Shown piece by piece: positions 10,503 to 19,864 of a stretch of DNA of 64,000 nucleotides. A program made the translations under genes and the position numbers. Source of the stretch: Longimicrobiales bacterium (GTDB taxonomy: Bacteria > Gemmatimonadota > Gemmatimonadetes > Longimicrobiales > Gaopeijiaceae); contig CBDFMQ010000002.1 in the NCBI GenBank assembly GCA_965249725.1, positions 2,208,001 through 2,272,000 on the forward strand, written 5' to 3'. The notes under the pieces were generated by a model. That model was given only the letters and a program-made list of their open reading frames with translations. It was not told where the DNA came from and did not search any database. Position 1 is the first letter of the stretch. Each line of letters starts with the position of its first letter.

Positions 10503-10835
10503 ATGACAGACTCGAAGAGGGACCTTCTGCAAGGCACGCTCGACCTGTTGATCCTCAAGACGCTGGCGACGGAATCCCTTCACGGCTGGGGGGTGGCGAA
10601 GCGGATTCAGCAGGCGTCGGGGGACGTACTGCGCATCAACCAGGGGTCCCTCTACCCCGCCCTGTATCGACTCAAGGAGAAGGGGCTCGTCCGAGCCCGC
10701 TGGGGAGAGTCGACCGACGGACGTCGAGTGAAGCTCTACTCGCTCACGGCGGCCGGAGAGAAGCGGTTCAAGACGGCCAGCCAGGACTGGAGATCCGCCT
10801 CGACCGCGGTAAACGACGTACTGGCGATGACCTAG
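10503..10835 (+). CDS. padR: PadR family transcriptional regulator
   Basis: LLQGTLDLLILKTL...HGWGV...GSLYPALYRL...YSLT. Confidence 0.93.
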   Translation: MTDSKRDLLQGTLDLLILKTLATESLHGWGVAKRIQQASGDVLRINQGSLYPALYRLKEKGLVRARWGESTDGRRVKLYSLTAAGEKRFKTASQDWRSASTAVNDVLAMT

Positions 10836-10845
10836 GGAGGCGATC

Positions 10846-13524
10846 GTGGATTGGATGTGGAGATGGGTGATGAAGGTGCGCGACCTGTTCTTCGGTCGTC
10901 GTTGGGATCGCGAAGTGGAACAGGAGATGGCGTTCCACATCGAGATGGACATCAAGGAGCGCGTCCGCCGAGGGACGGACCCTGCTGAGGCACGCCGCAC
11001 CGCGCTCGTAGCGTTCGGCGGCGCGGAGCGCTTCCATCAGCAAGCCCGCGAAGGCCGATGGGGAAACACGGCGGACACATTGCTCCAAGACGTTCGGTAC
11101 GCCGTCCGGGGACTGATCAAGAACCCCGGCTTCGCGCTCGCGGCAATTTTGACGCTGGCCCTCGGCATTGGCGCCAACACGGCCATGTTCAGCGTCGTAA
11201 ACACGGTGCTTCTGCAGCCCCTTCCCTACGCCGACGCGGACGAGGTCGTGCGAATCCAGAACAGCTGGGCGGGCTCTCCCAAGGCCTCGATCTCACCGGC
11301 CGAGTTCTTGGACTTCGAGCAGCGACTCGAGGGCTTCTCGGCCATGGGTGTCTACTCGTTCGGCGCGGTCAACGTCACGGGCGACGGAGAACCCGTACGG
11401 ATCTCTGCGGCCTTCCTATCGTCCGGGGTCTTCCCCGCCCTGGGCGCGACCGCAGCCATCGGGCGTGTCTTCAACCGGGACGAGGACCTCGCGGACGCGC
11501 CTCTCCTGATGATCAGTAGCGGTTTCTGGAGGGACCGGTTCGCCGGCGCGCCCGACGTGATCGGGCGTACGCTCAACTGGAACGATCACGAATACGAGAT
11601 CATCGGGGTCATGCGCCCGGATTTCCGCCTGCCCGAGCTCCTCACCTCGACCACGCCCGTGCAACTCTACGTGCCGGCGGGAATCACACCGGCCACCGTC
11701 ACCAGTCGCGGCAATCACTACCTGAACGGCGTCGCTCGAAGGGCCCCTGATGTGAGCCAGATCAGGGCCGCCCGGGCCGTGCAGGAGTTGGCGGCCACCA
11801 TGGTGCAGGATTACCCCGACGCCTACCCCGTGGACATGCAGTTCACGGCAACGGCCGTTCCGCTGGCCCAGGACGTCACGGGCGACGTGCGTTCACTGCT
11901 CTGGATCCTCTTCGGATCGGTAGGCTTCGTGCTGCTCATCGTAGGAGCCAACGTGGCCAACCTGCTGATCGCTCGAGCCGACGGAAGGGAGAGGGAGTTC
12001 TCGCTTCGCATGGCACTCGGAGCGAACCGCACGCGTATCACGGCCCAACTGGCCGTGGAGAGCATGGTCCTGGCGGTCGTCGGCGGCCTCCTGGGGATCG
12101 TCCTGGCGGTAGCCTCGATGGACGTGCTGGCCTCCCTGGAGGCCACGAACCTGCCTCGTCTAGGCGAAATCCGCCTGGATCGACGCGTACTCGGCTTCGG
12201 CATCGCCGTATCCCTGGCCACCGGGCTGCTCTTCGGATTGGTCCCGGGTCTTCAGGTTTCCCCTTCCCGCCTGGCTGACTCCCTCCGCGAGGGCGGGCGT
12301 TCGGCGACGGGTACGCGCCGGAGTCAGCGACTGCGGCAACTGCTCATCGGAGGCGAGATCGCGTTCGCGGTGGTCCTCCTTTCGGGCGCCGGGCTGCTCA
12401 CCCGCAGTTTCGTGGAGCTCATGGGGGTCGATCCGGGATACCGGAGCGATCAGGTACTCACGACACGGATCACGCTGCCGACCTCCCGATACCGCAGCGA
12501 CGAGGAGCGGAGGACGTTCTTCAGAGAGTTCGTGACCCGGCTGTCGGAGATGCCGGGTGTCCAGGCCGCCGCCGGCGTATCGAACCTGCCGCTAGCCACC
12601 AGCCTCGGCGACCTCAATTTCCGAATCGAGAATCGAGAGATTCCCGAGGGTGCCGTTTCGCCACGCGGCGATTGGCAGATCGTCACGCCCGGCTACTTCG
12701 ATGCCATGGGCATGACGCTGCTCGACGGGCGCGCTATCGACGCACGAGACAACGCCGCCACTCCGGGTGCCGTCGTCGTGAGTGAATCGCTGGCTCGACT
12801 GCACTGGCCGGACAGGCAAGCACTGGGCAAGCGTTTCGTACTGGGCGGTCAGGCGGGTCCCGGCACCGTCACGATCGTCGGGATCGTACGCGATGTCCGA
12901 CATAGCGGCCTCGACGCGTCCCTAATGCCCCAGATGTACCTCGCTCACGAGCAGTTCACGTTCTGGAACGGAGGGAGCGCCGCGGAGGCCCTCTCGATCG
13001 TCGTACGCTCCGGCGCCCCTACCGGAGAGCTACGCACATCAGTCCAGGGCCTGGCACGCTCCATGGATCCGCAACTTCCGCTTTCCACGTTCCGCTCGAT
13101 GGACGAGGTGCGTGCCGCCTCGGTCGCCCAGCCGCGACTGTTGATGATCCTGTTAGGCGGCTTCTCGGTGCTCGCATTGATACTCGCGGCCGTGGGCACC
13201 TACGGCGTCATCGCTTACATGGCGGGAAAGCGCACCGCCGAGTTCGGGGTCCGTCTGGCCCTCGGAGCCCGGCCCGGACAGGTCTCGAGCCTGGTGCTCG
13301 GCGAGGCGCTCCGTCTGGGGGCCGCCGGGATCACGGTAGGCATCCTGGCCACTGTGGCCCTCACTCGAGTCATGGAGGGGCTCCTGTACGGAGTCAGTGC
13401 CCGGGACCCCATCACGCTTCTGGGGGCCGCGGCGATTCTCGGTGCGACAGGCCTCCTGGCGGCTTACCTGCCGGCGGCGCGGGCAACGCGGGTGGATCCG
13501 GTCGAGTCGCTCCGCGCCGACTGA
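10846..13524 (+). CDS. Duplicated MacB/FtsX-type ABC permease (ADOP-like)
   Basis: PGFALAAILTLALGIGANTAMFS, two MacB_PCD/FtsX halves, PAARATRVDPVESLR end. Confidence 0.92.
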   Translation: MDWMWRWVMKVRDLFFGRRWDREVEQEMAFHIEMDIKERVRRGTDPAEARRTALVAFGGAERFHQQAREGRWGNTADTLLQDVRYAVRGLIKNPGFALAAILTLALGIGANTAMFSVVNTVLLQPLPYADADEVVRIQNSWAGSPKASISPAEFLDFEQRLEGFSAMGVYSFGAVNVTGDGEPVRISAAFLSSGVFPALGATAAIGRVFNRDEDLADAPLLMISSGFWRDRFAGAPDVIGRTLNWNDHEYEIIGVMRPDFRLPELLTSTTPVQLYVPAGITPATVTSRGNHYLNGVARRAPDVSQIRAARAVQELAATMVQDYPDAYPVDMQFTATAVPLAQDVTGDVRSLLWILFGSVGFVLLIVGANVANLLIARADGREREFSLRMALGANRTRITAQLAVESMVLAVVGGLLGIVLAVASMDVLASLEATNLPRLGEIRLDRRVLGFGIAVSLATGLLFGLVPGLQVSPSRLADSLREGGRSATGTRRSQRLRQLLIGGEIAFAVVLLSGAGLLTRSFVELMGVDPGYRSDQVLTTRITLPTSRYRSDEERRTFFREFVTRLSEMPGVQAAAGVSNLPLATSLGDLNFRIENREIPEGAVSPRGDWQIVTPGYFDAMGMTLLDGRAIDARDNAATPGAVVVSESLARLHWPDRQALGKRFVLGGQAGPGTVTIVGIVRDVRHSGLDASLMPQMYLAHEQFTFWNGGSAAEALSIVVRSGAPTGELRTSVQGLARSMDPQLPLSTFRSMDEVRAASVAQPRLLMILLGGFSVLALILAAVGTYGVIAYMAGKRTAEFGVRLALGARPGQVSSLVLGEALRLGAAGITVGILATVALTRVMEGLLYGVSARDPITLLGAAAILGATGLLAAYLPAARATRVDPVESLRAD

Positions 13525-13599
13525 GGCACCGGGAAGCCACCCGGGAGCGACGGTCGTCAGACCCGTGCACGGGGCCCGTGGATCCCATATTCTGACAGG

Positions 13600-14291
13600 A
13601 TGAAGACCCCTGTGATCTACCGACTGCGACCGGCACGCGTCGCGATGGTCCTCGGACTCATCCTCGCGGTGCTGGTCGTCGTCCATGTCATCGCCATGCA
13701 GATCATCTTCAACGACGATCTGGCCTTCACCGACCAGTGGGGACTGGAGTACTGGCACTTCTCCATCTTGGATCTGGACGAAGAGGCGAGCTTCGGCACC
13801 TGGTATAGCGCGGTGATCCTCCTGGTGGCGGGTCGTCTGCTCCTCGCACGGGCACGAATGCTCCGCGACGATTCAGACAAGTGGCACCCGTGGTGGCTCC
13901 TTCTGGGGATCGGCTTCCACATCCTGTCCATCGACGAGGTCGTCGGCATGCATGAGCTCCTGAACACGCTCATGGAGGACGCCCCGTGGACGGTGGTGGG
14001 GTTCTGGATCGTGGGGCTCGTCGGTCTGTCTTACATCCCGTTTCTCTGGCAGTACCGGTGGCGGCCGGCCTCTTCCTCCTGGCCGGAGCCATCTACGCCG
14101 GCGGAGCGGTGGGCGTGGAGCACTGGACGGGCGCCGACGTCAACTCGCTCCACTACAACATGTGGACCACGCTGGAAGAGGGCATGGAGATGGCAGGCGT
14201 GGTCGTCTTCATCTACGCGCTATTGGACTTCATGCCAGGGAGTGGGGACGGCGGGGGAAGCCTTCGCCTCGAGCTGAGCAGCGACGTCTAA
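13600..14291 (+). CDS. Multi-pass membrane protein with a frameshift near 14064
   Basis: LDEEASFGTWYS and LSIDEVVGMHE in one frame; GAVGVE and LEEGMEMAG in the overlapping frame. Confidence 0.65.
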
Positions 14292-14308
14292 CGGAGCCCC
14301 GCGACGCA

Positions 14309-15238
14309 TCACAGCTCCAGCTCCCAGGTCTCCTCCATCATGTCTCCACCGAAGCTGGAGTGGGGCTGCTGGTGCACCAGCTTGAAACCCAGATCAGAGT
14401 AGATCCGTCGGGCGGCGCGCAGAACGTCGTAGGTCCACAGAGTGAGGCGGTGGTACCCTGCCTGCTGCGCGAACCGGATGCACTCCTCCACCAGTCGGCG
14501 TCCGATCCCCAACCCTCGTGCCTCCGGCCCCACGAGAAGCATCCGTAGCCTGGCAACCTCGTCGGACTCTCTGACGCAGAAGACGGACCCGACGTTCTGA
14601 CCGTCCTTCTCCGCAATCCAACACCGCTCCCGAGCAGGGTCTTGATTCTGTACGAAGCTCGCGACGACCTCGGCCGTCAGTCCTTCGAACCAGTCCTCCC
14701 AACCGAACTCGTTCACGTAGAGGATGCCGTGCTGACGGACGACCCAACCCATGTCTCCCGGGCAAGGCGGGCGAAGCAGGTAGGCCGCGGCTGGCTGAGC
14801 TCCCCCACCGAGCAGCGTCACGATCGTATCCATGGCGTCGACGAGCCTTCGTCGGTCCTGGTCCACGAGGGGGCCCACCAGTTGGGCCACCGAGGCCTGG
14901 GCGATCTGGTCCAGCTCACTGCGCGCGGAGCGACCGGCCGCCGTCAGTGCCAGCAGCGTGCTGCGGCGATCTTCCATCGAGGGCCGCTTCTCCACTGTTC
15001 CGTCCCCGTGTAGACGGGCCAGCATCCGACTCATGTGTCCAGCACCGATACCGAGGGCCTTTCTCAGGGCCGTCGCCGTCGTCGGTTCGGAGAGTGCCAA
15101 CTCGACGATGATGCGTGCCTCGGCTTGGGAGAATCGACCGTCCGGCGCCCCATGCTCGAGCGCTCGCGTACGATCACCATAGAAGCGATGGAACCGACGG
15201 ACGGCATCGATCGTTCGGGACATATCGGTCTCAGTCAT
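14309..15238 (-). CDS. Bifunctional MarR HTH / GNAT acetyltransferase
   Basis: VRRFHRFY, EDRRSTLLALT, PGDMGWVVRQHG, LLVGPEARGLGIG, LWTYDVLRAARRIY. Confidence 0.9.
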   Translation of the reverse strand: MTETDMSRTIDAVRRFHRFYGDRTRALEHGAPDGRFSQAEARIIVELALSEPTTATALRKALGIGAGHMSRMLARLHGDGTVEKRPSMEDRRSTLLALTAAGRSARSELDQIAQASVAQLVGPLVDQDRRRLVDAMDTIVTLLGGGAQPAAAYLLRPPCPGDMGWVVRQHGILYVNEFGWEDWFEGLTAEVVASFVQNQDPARERCWIAEKDGQNVGSVFCVRESDEVARLRMLLVGPEARGLGIGRRLVEECIRFAQQAGYHRLTLWTYDVLRAARRIYSDLGFKLVHQQPHSSFGGDMMEETWELEL

Positions 15239-15292
15239 GCTCGAGCTCCGACGGTGTGAGAGGACCACGCTACTGAGGATATCGGTGATGTC

Positions 15293-15328
15293 ATTGCCTG
15301 CGTCAACTATATAGTTGCCGTAGACAAC
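15293..15328. promoter_or_regulatory. Tandem (A/G)TTG-N7-CAAC boxes around the perfect palindrome CAACTATATAGTTG; candidate MarR operator
   Basis: ATTG-cctgcgt-CAAC (15293-15307) and GTTG-ccgtaga-CAAC (15314-15328) in the divergent intergenic region. Confidence 0.6.
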
Positions 15329-15450
15329 CATAGAAAAAATGTCCTTGGTGCGCTGCCGGGGCTGGCCGGGGCGATCTCTCCCCCGTACGATCGGTACGTA
15401 TTCCGGGTGGGTGGTGGTGGTGAGGGCGGATTCCGAAAGTTGGAGATTGA

Positions 15451-16071
15451 ATGGGCAAGCAACCCCTCGCACTGCTCCTCGTGCTGGCCGGCGCTGCCGT
15501 ATCGGCAGCGTGTGACGCCATGCCACGGGAGCGGGTCATGATGGGACCACACGACGGACTCGATCTTCCGGCCGTGGATACGGGACGCGTGGCAGTCGGA
15601 GACGTGGCTCCGAACTTCTCGGCTGTGACCTACGACGGGCCGGTCGTCACCCTCTCGGACTATCGAGCCGACAAGAACGTCGTTCTCGTCTTCTACCGCG
15701 GCCACTGGTGACCATGGTGCGCCGGTCAGCTCGGGAAGCTGAGAGAACTGCTAACGCCGGAACAGTTGGACGGCACCGAGATTCTCGCTGTCTCCGTGGA
15801 TGACCACGAGAAGCAGCAGATGATGATCGACCGTGTCGCGAAAGACGACGGCATACTCATCGAGTTTCAACTGCTCTCGGATCCGGAGCACCGCATCATC
15901 GACCGGTACGGGTTGTTCAATCCCGACGAAGCGAAGATGAGGCCGGTGCCCCACCCCACTGTGTTTGTCCTCGACCGTGAGGGCGTCGTGCAGTGGAAGT
16001 CCATTGAGATCGACTACCGTGTACGCCCCACCAACGAGGACATCCTCGGCGCGTTGTCGGCTCTGGACTGA
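15451..16071 (+). CDS. AhpC/TSA peroxiredoxin-like lipoprotein, candidate selenoprotein (UxxC; Sec codon 15709-15711)
   Basis: Two in-frame ORFs joined by TGA give VLVFYRGHW-U-PWC...ILAVSVD...LLSDP...PTVFVLDREG. Confidence 0.9.
15726..15742 (+). promoter_or_regulatory. Candidate bacterial SECIS hairpin
   Basis: TCAGCT-CGGGA-AGCTGA, 14 nt after the in-frame TGA. Confidence 0.65.
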
Positions 16072-16124
16072 TCCCGGCTAGCCGCCCGATCCGGGAACAC
16101 TGGCCCAAACGGAGAGGAATCTGC

Positions 16125-17894
16125 ATGAAGCCGGCGATCCTGTTGATCGGCTGCGCCTTGGTCGGGGCCGTCCCGGCCACGTCACAGACGCCGACCGCGG
16201 TTGCGGAGGGGGTGGCCGTGCTTTCGGCCACAGGAGACGTAGCCGCTCCGGGTCCGAACGCCGGATGGGTGGAGTTGGACGGCTATCTGATTCTGATAGA
16301 CGCAGACCCTGACGCCGTCGCACCCTCGACGATCGACGTCGCTCTCCGCTCGACAGGAAAACCCGTGCGATTCGTCGCCCGCACCTTGGGCGGCCCGGAC
16401 GGTCCCGTCTTACGCCTTCCGTCGGGCGCCACGCTCGAATCCGGCGGACGTCGAGTGGAGCTTCACCCCATCGACGGGGGGGCGGGGATCGACCTCGCCG
16501 TCTACGTGCGCGACACCGGCACCCTGTTCGCAGGTGATCTGGTCGGGAGGGGCCGCGGGTCGAATCCGCTTCCGATCGACGCCTGGATCCGATCCCTGCG
16601 CCGTCTAGAAGGCCTTCGTCCCCGTGCGGTGGTTCCCGGACGGGGTCGGGTGGAGGGCCCGGAGGTGCTCGAGACGACGCGCACGGCCCTAGAGAATATC
16701 AAGGGACAAATTGCAGAGGCGATGGCCACCGGGAGAAGCCGGGCACAGGTGATGAGCGCGATGCGACCGGGTGATCTCCGGGTCCTTCCGGACGGTACGG
16801 TTGATGCGGTCTACGACGAACTGACCGGTATCCGGCCCGCCACAGCCTTCGTTGAAGGGCTCGGGCTGCGAGAGGGCCCCTCCCCCACCGCCGCCTCTCC
16901 CGGCTGGACCCGACCCACCAAGGTGGTGGTCGCCGACTTCTGGCCGGGCCGCACCGAACAACTCGCCTTGGTCGCACCCGGCGTGAACGTAGTCGTGGCA
17001 GCCACCCCCGCCGAGGCCGCCGAAGTCGGGCGCGACGCAGATGCCATCCTGGGATGGCTCACGCCCGAGATCTTCAATGGCTCGCGGAACTTGCGATGGG
17101 TCCAACTCAACGCCGCCGGTGTGGAGAGCTATGTCACCATCCCCGGCTTCGCGGAGAGTGACGTGGTCCTGTCCAATGCCCAGCGGATCTTCGGTCCGGG
17201 AGGCGCGGAGCACGTCCTGGGCATGGTGCTGGCGCTGAGCCGCCGACTCCACACTGCCCTGACCTTGCAACAGCAGCGCCGGTGGGACATCACTCCCCTC
17301 ACCGGTCCCACGCCCTACGAGGGAGCCGGCAGCGAGCTGCTCGAGCTTCGGGGCCGAACGCTTCTGGTCGTGGGGTTGGGGGGGATCGGTACTGAAGTGG
17401 CGCGTGTGGCGAGCGGCATCGGCATGAGGGTCATCGCCACGCGCGGGAGCAGCCGTAACGGACCATCCTTCGTGGATTACGTGGGGCTGTCTTCCGAACT
17501 CCTGGACCTGACACCCGAGGCCGACGTGATCGTAAACGCCGTCCCGCTCACAGCGGTCACGGAGAGGATGTTCGACGATGCGTTCTTCGCCGCGACCAAA
17601 CCCACGGCGTTCTTCGTCAACATCGGGCGGGGCCGCACGGTAGACACCGACGCCCTCGTGCGAGCTCTTCGTGAGGGGCGAATCGCCGGGGCAGGCCTCG
17701 ACGTGACCGAGCCAGAGCCGCTCCCGGTCGACCACGAGCTATGGGGCATGCCCAACGTTCTCATCACACCTCATCTGGGTGGGGACGGCGATGGGCATAT
17801 GGAGCGCATGTGGCTGCTGTTTCGCGAGAACCTCCGACGCTTCGTGAACGGGGAGCCTCTCCTCGCGGTCGTCGACAAACGCCGCGGGTATTAG
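16125..17894 (+). CDS. Signal-peptide protein: degenerate MBL-fold domain fused to a D-2-hydroxyacid dehydrogenase
   Basis: TLFAGDLV and VVPGRG (MBL-like), then VVGLGGIG, VNIGRG, GAGLDVTEPEPLP, ITPH. Confidence 0.8.
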   Translation: MKPAILLIGCALVGAVPATSQTPTAVAEGVAVLSATGDVAAPGPNAGWVELDGYLILIDADPDAVAPSTIDVALRSTGKPVRFVARTLGGPDGPVLRLPSGATLESGGRRVELHPIDGGAGIDLAVYVRDTGTLFAGDLVGRGRGSNPLPIDAWIRSLRRLEGLRPRAVVPGRGRVEGPEVLETTRTALENIKGQIAEAMATGRSRAQVMSAMRPGDLRVLPDGTVDAVYDELTGIRPATAFVEGLGLREGPSPTAASPGWTRPTKVVVADFWPGRTEQLALVAPGVNVVVAATPAEAAEVGRDADAILGWLTPEIFNGSRNLRWVQLNAAGVESYVTIPGFAESDVVLSNAQRIFGPGGAEHVLGMVLALSRRLHTALTLQQQRRWDITPLTGPTPYEGAGSELLELRGRTLLVVGLGGIGTEVARVASGIGMRVIATRGSSRNGPSFVDYVGLSSELLDLTPEADVIVNAVPLTAVTERMFDDAFFAATKPTAFFVNIGRGRTVDTDALVRALREGRIAGAGLDVTEPEPLPVDHELWGMPNVLITPHLGGDGDGHMERMWLLFRENLRRFVNGEPLLAVVDKRRGY

Positions 17895-17946
17895 GCGGGT
17901 ACTGAGTAGGAGTCCCAAAGGGATGGACGTTGAACCAGGAGGGTGG

Positions 17947-18534
17947 ATGAACCGGATCGCTGTATTTCTCACCGTGGGACTGGCACTGGCCGGACCCGAC
18001 TCGCTCAGAGCCCAGAGCGTCGATCTCTCGGACCCGCTGGCCACGGCGGTGCTGCCGCTGCCCCAAGATCTCAGAGAAGGCGCCACGATCATCGACCAGA
18101 CCGCTGAGTCGATTCTCAGACGTGGCAGCAACGGCTTCACCTGCCTCGCCGATGTTCCACACGACGACCGCCTCAGCCTCCAATGTCATCCGTCGGCCGT
18201 CGAGCCCTATATGCGCCGTGGGAGAGAGCTCTCCTCCGAGGGGATTCGCGGCAGCGAGCAACGCTCCGTTTTGGCCGCCGAAGTACGCACCGGACGACTG
18301 TACCTGCCGACGGGGGCCATGCTTCGCCTCATCTCCGGCCCCATCAACGTCGAAGTCGGCGTTCCGGACTCAGTGCGCGTCTGGTCCGAATTCCTGTTCC
18401 CCTTCGGCACCACCACGGAACTGGGAATCCCTGCTACGGATCAGGGCCTCGACCCTTGGATGATGCGGCCGGGGGACGTGGGTGCCCACGTGATGGTGCG
18501 GTATCGCTCAGTGCCGTGGAGCGAGATTCACTGA
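17947..18534 (+). CDS. Secreted hypothetical protein
   Basis: Signal peptide; AVLPLP..LREGAT...GSNGFTC, PWMM.PG...AHVM. Confidence 0.65.
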   Translation: MNRIAVFLTVGLALAGPDSLRAQSVDLSDPLATAVLPLPQDLREGATIIDQTAESILRRGSNGFTCLADVPHDDRLSLQCHPSAVEPYMRRGRELSSEGIRGSEQRSVLAAEVRTGRLYLPTGAMLRLISGPINVEVGVPDSVRVWSEFLFPFGTTTELGIPATDQGLDPWMMRPGDVGAHVMVRYRSVPWSEIH

Positions 18535-19132
18535 TCGCGCCCCAACACGGTCCAGGCGCGTTGCGATCAGGGCCGCGGGTTTCATGGCGTATCTCCTTTT
18601 GATACGTGGCTCGCACGCCCCGGCTCACGAGGTGCGTGAGGCTAGCGTGGAGCCGCTTCATCATCTGAATCTGCCCCGCGTGATACGTGTCATGCAGGAC
18701 GATGCCCGTCAGAAGGTCGCCGTACGTGTACTGACTCTGCTCGCGGCACGCGTCATCCAGGCGGGACGGATCGAAGCTCTGCATCGTCTCACGCATGATG
18801 TCGTGGTATTCACGCACGAGAGCCCGGTCCTTCTTCCAAGCCTCCGCAGTAATCTCTTCCGGAGGGTCCGGAAAGTCGGAGGGAGATCGCGGGAATCCAC
18901 CGTGGGGCGCTCCAGTCACCCTACGCCACACGGCATAGTTCCAGTACGCAACGTGCAGGGTCAGATTCCAGATGCTGTGCCGGTCCGGTGCAGGCTTCCA
19001 CGCCGCCGCCTCCGGTTTCACTCCGCGGAGCGCTCCGATCACGGTTGCCCCACCGTGCCAAAGCCTCGTTCCCGGCGGGGGCTCGAAGAGCCCGAGCGTC
19101 ATATCGAGTCTACGGTCTTCCACGGGTGCCAT
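18434..19132 (-). CDS. DinB family protein (C-terminus runs on abnormally into the neighbouring gene)
   Basis: WHGG, RHSIWNLTLHVAYW, HDTYHAGQI; the tail after about 18640 looks non-native. Confidence 0.78.
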   Translation of the reverse strand: MAPVEDRRLDMTLGLFEPPPGTRLWHGGATVIGALRGVKPEAAAWKPAPDRHSIWNLTLHVAYWNYAVWRRVTGAPHGGFPRSPSDFPDPPEEITAEAWKKDRALVREYHDIMRETMQSFDPSRLDDACREQSQYTYGDLLTGIVLHDTYHAGQIQMMKRLHASLTHLVSRGVRATYQKEIRHETRGPDRNAPGPCWGAISESRSTALSDTAPSRGHPRPPAASSKGRGPDP

Positions 19133-19158
19133 CGCCTTCTCGGTGTCCCCTCGCGACC

Positions 19159-19734
19159 CTAGGCGTCGCTCGCATGCTTGGCTACCAACCTACGAACACT
19201 CGTCATGTTGCGCGTGGTGTTGGGAACCTTGCCGGTTGCCTTCGACACACCGGGCCCAAACAGCGGCGACTCACTGAGCTTGCCTCGTATGAGCCAATAG
19301 ACCTCACGGCCGTAGAACTGAAAGTCGTCTGTCGCGCTGCTCAGATCGCTGAACCGGTCCCGCATCTGGGCGTCGGGAGGGGCATGCAAGAACATCACAT
19401 ACAGTGAGTCCTCATCGCCCCGGCCCCACGGCGCGACCGGTTCGCGTTCGGCGACCGCCGCTAGCTCCGAGGGAGACCGAACGAAGGTCGCGACCTCATA
19501 GCCCAGCTGCTGATGGAGATGGGCCTCGATGTCTCGCTCCAGCGCGTCGGCATCCGTCGACGGCGCGCTGAAGATCACGTTGCCGCTGGCGATGAACGTG
19601 GCAACGTCCGAGAAACCGAGCTCTCCGAAGAGTTCTCGGAGCCGGTCCATCTTGACTCTGTGGCCTCCGACGTTGATCCCACGGAGGAGGGCGACATAGC
19701 GCTGCACGTCGTTCAGATCGCCTTCGCTAGACAC
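19159..19734 (-). CDS. DUF1697 domain protein
   Basis: YVALLRGINVGG...V.TFIASGNVIF...TTRN. Confidence 0.9.
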   Translation of the reverse strand: MSSEGDLNDVQRYVALLRGINVGGHRVKMDRLRELFGELGFSDVATFIASGNVIFSAPSTDADALERDIEAHLHQQLGYEVATFVRSPSELAAVAEREPVAPWGRGDEDSLYVMFLHAPPDAQMRDRFSDLSSATDDFQFYGREVYWLIRGKLSESPLFGPGVSKATGKVPNTTRNMTSVRRLVAKHASDA

Positions 19735-19864
19735 AATCGATGGCCGCGACCAACAGGACGGCGGCCGTCACGAGATTCACTGCCAGATCACGCATACGCA
19801 TTGGTGAGCCTCCTGTCGGTTGTTGATTGAACTCATCGATCGGTGGTGCCGCACGCAACAGCCC

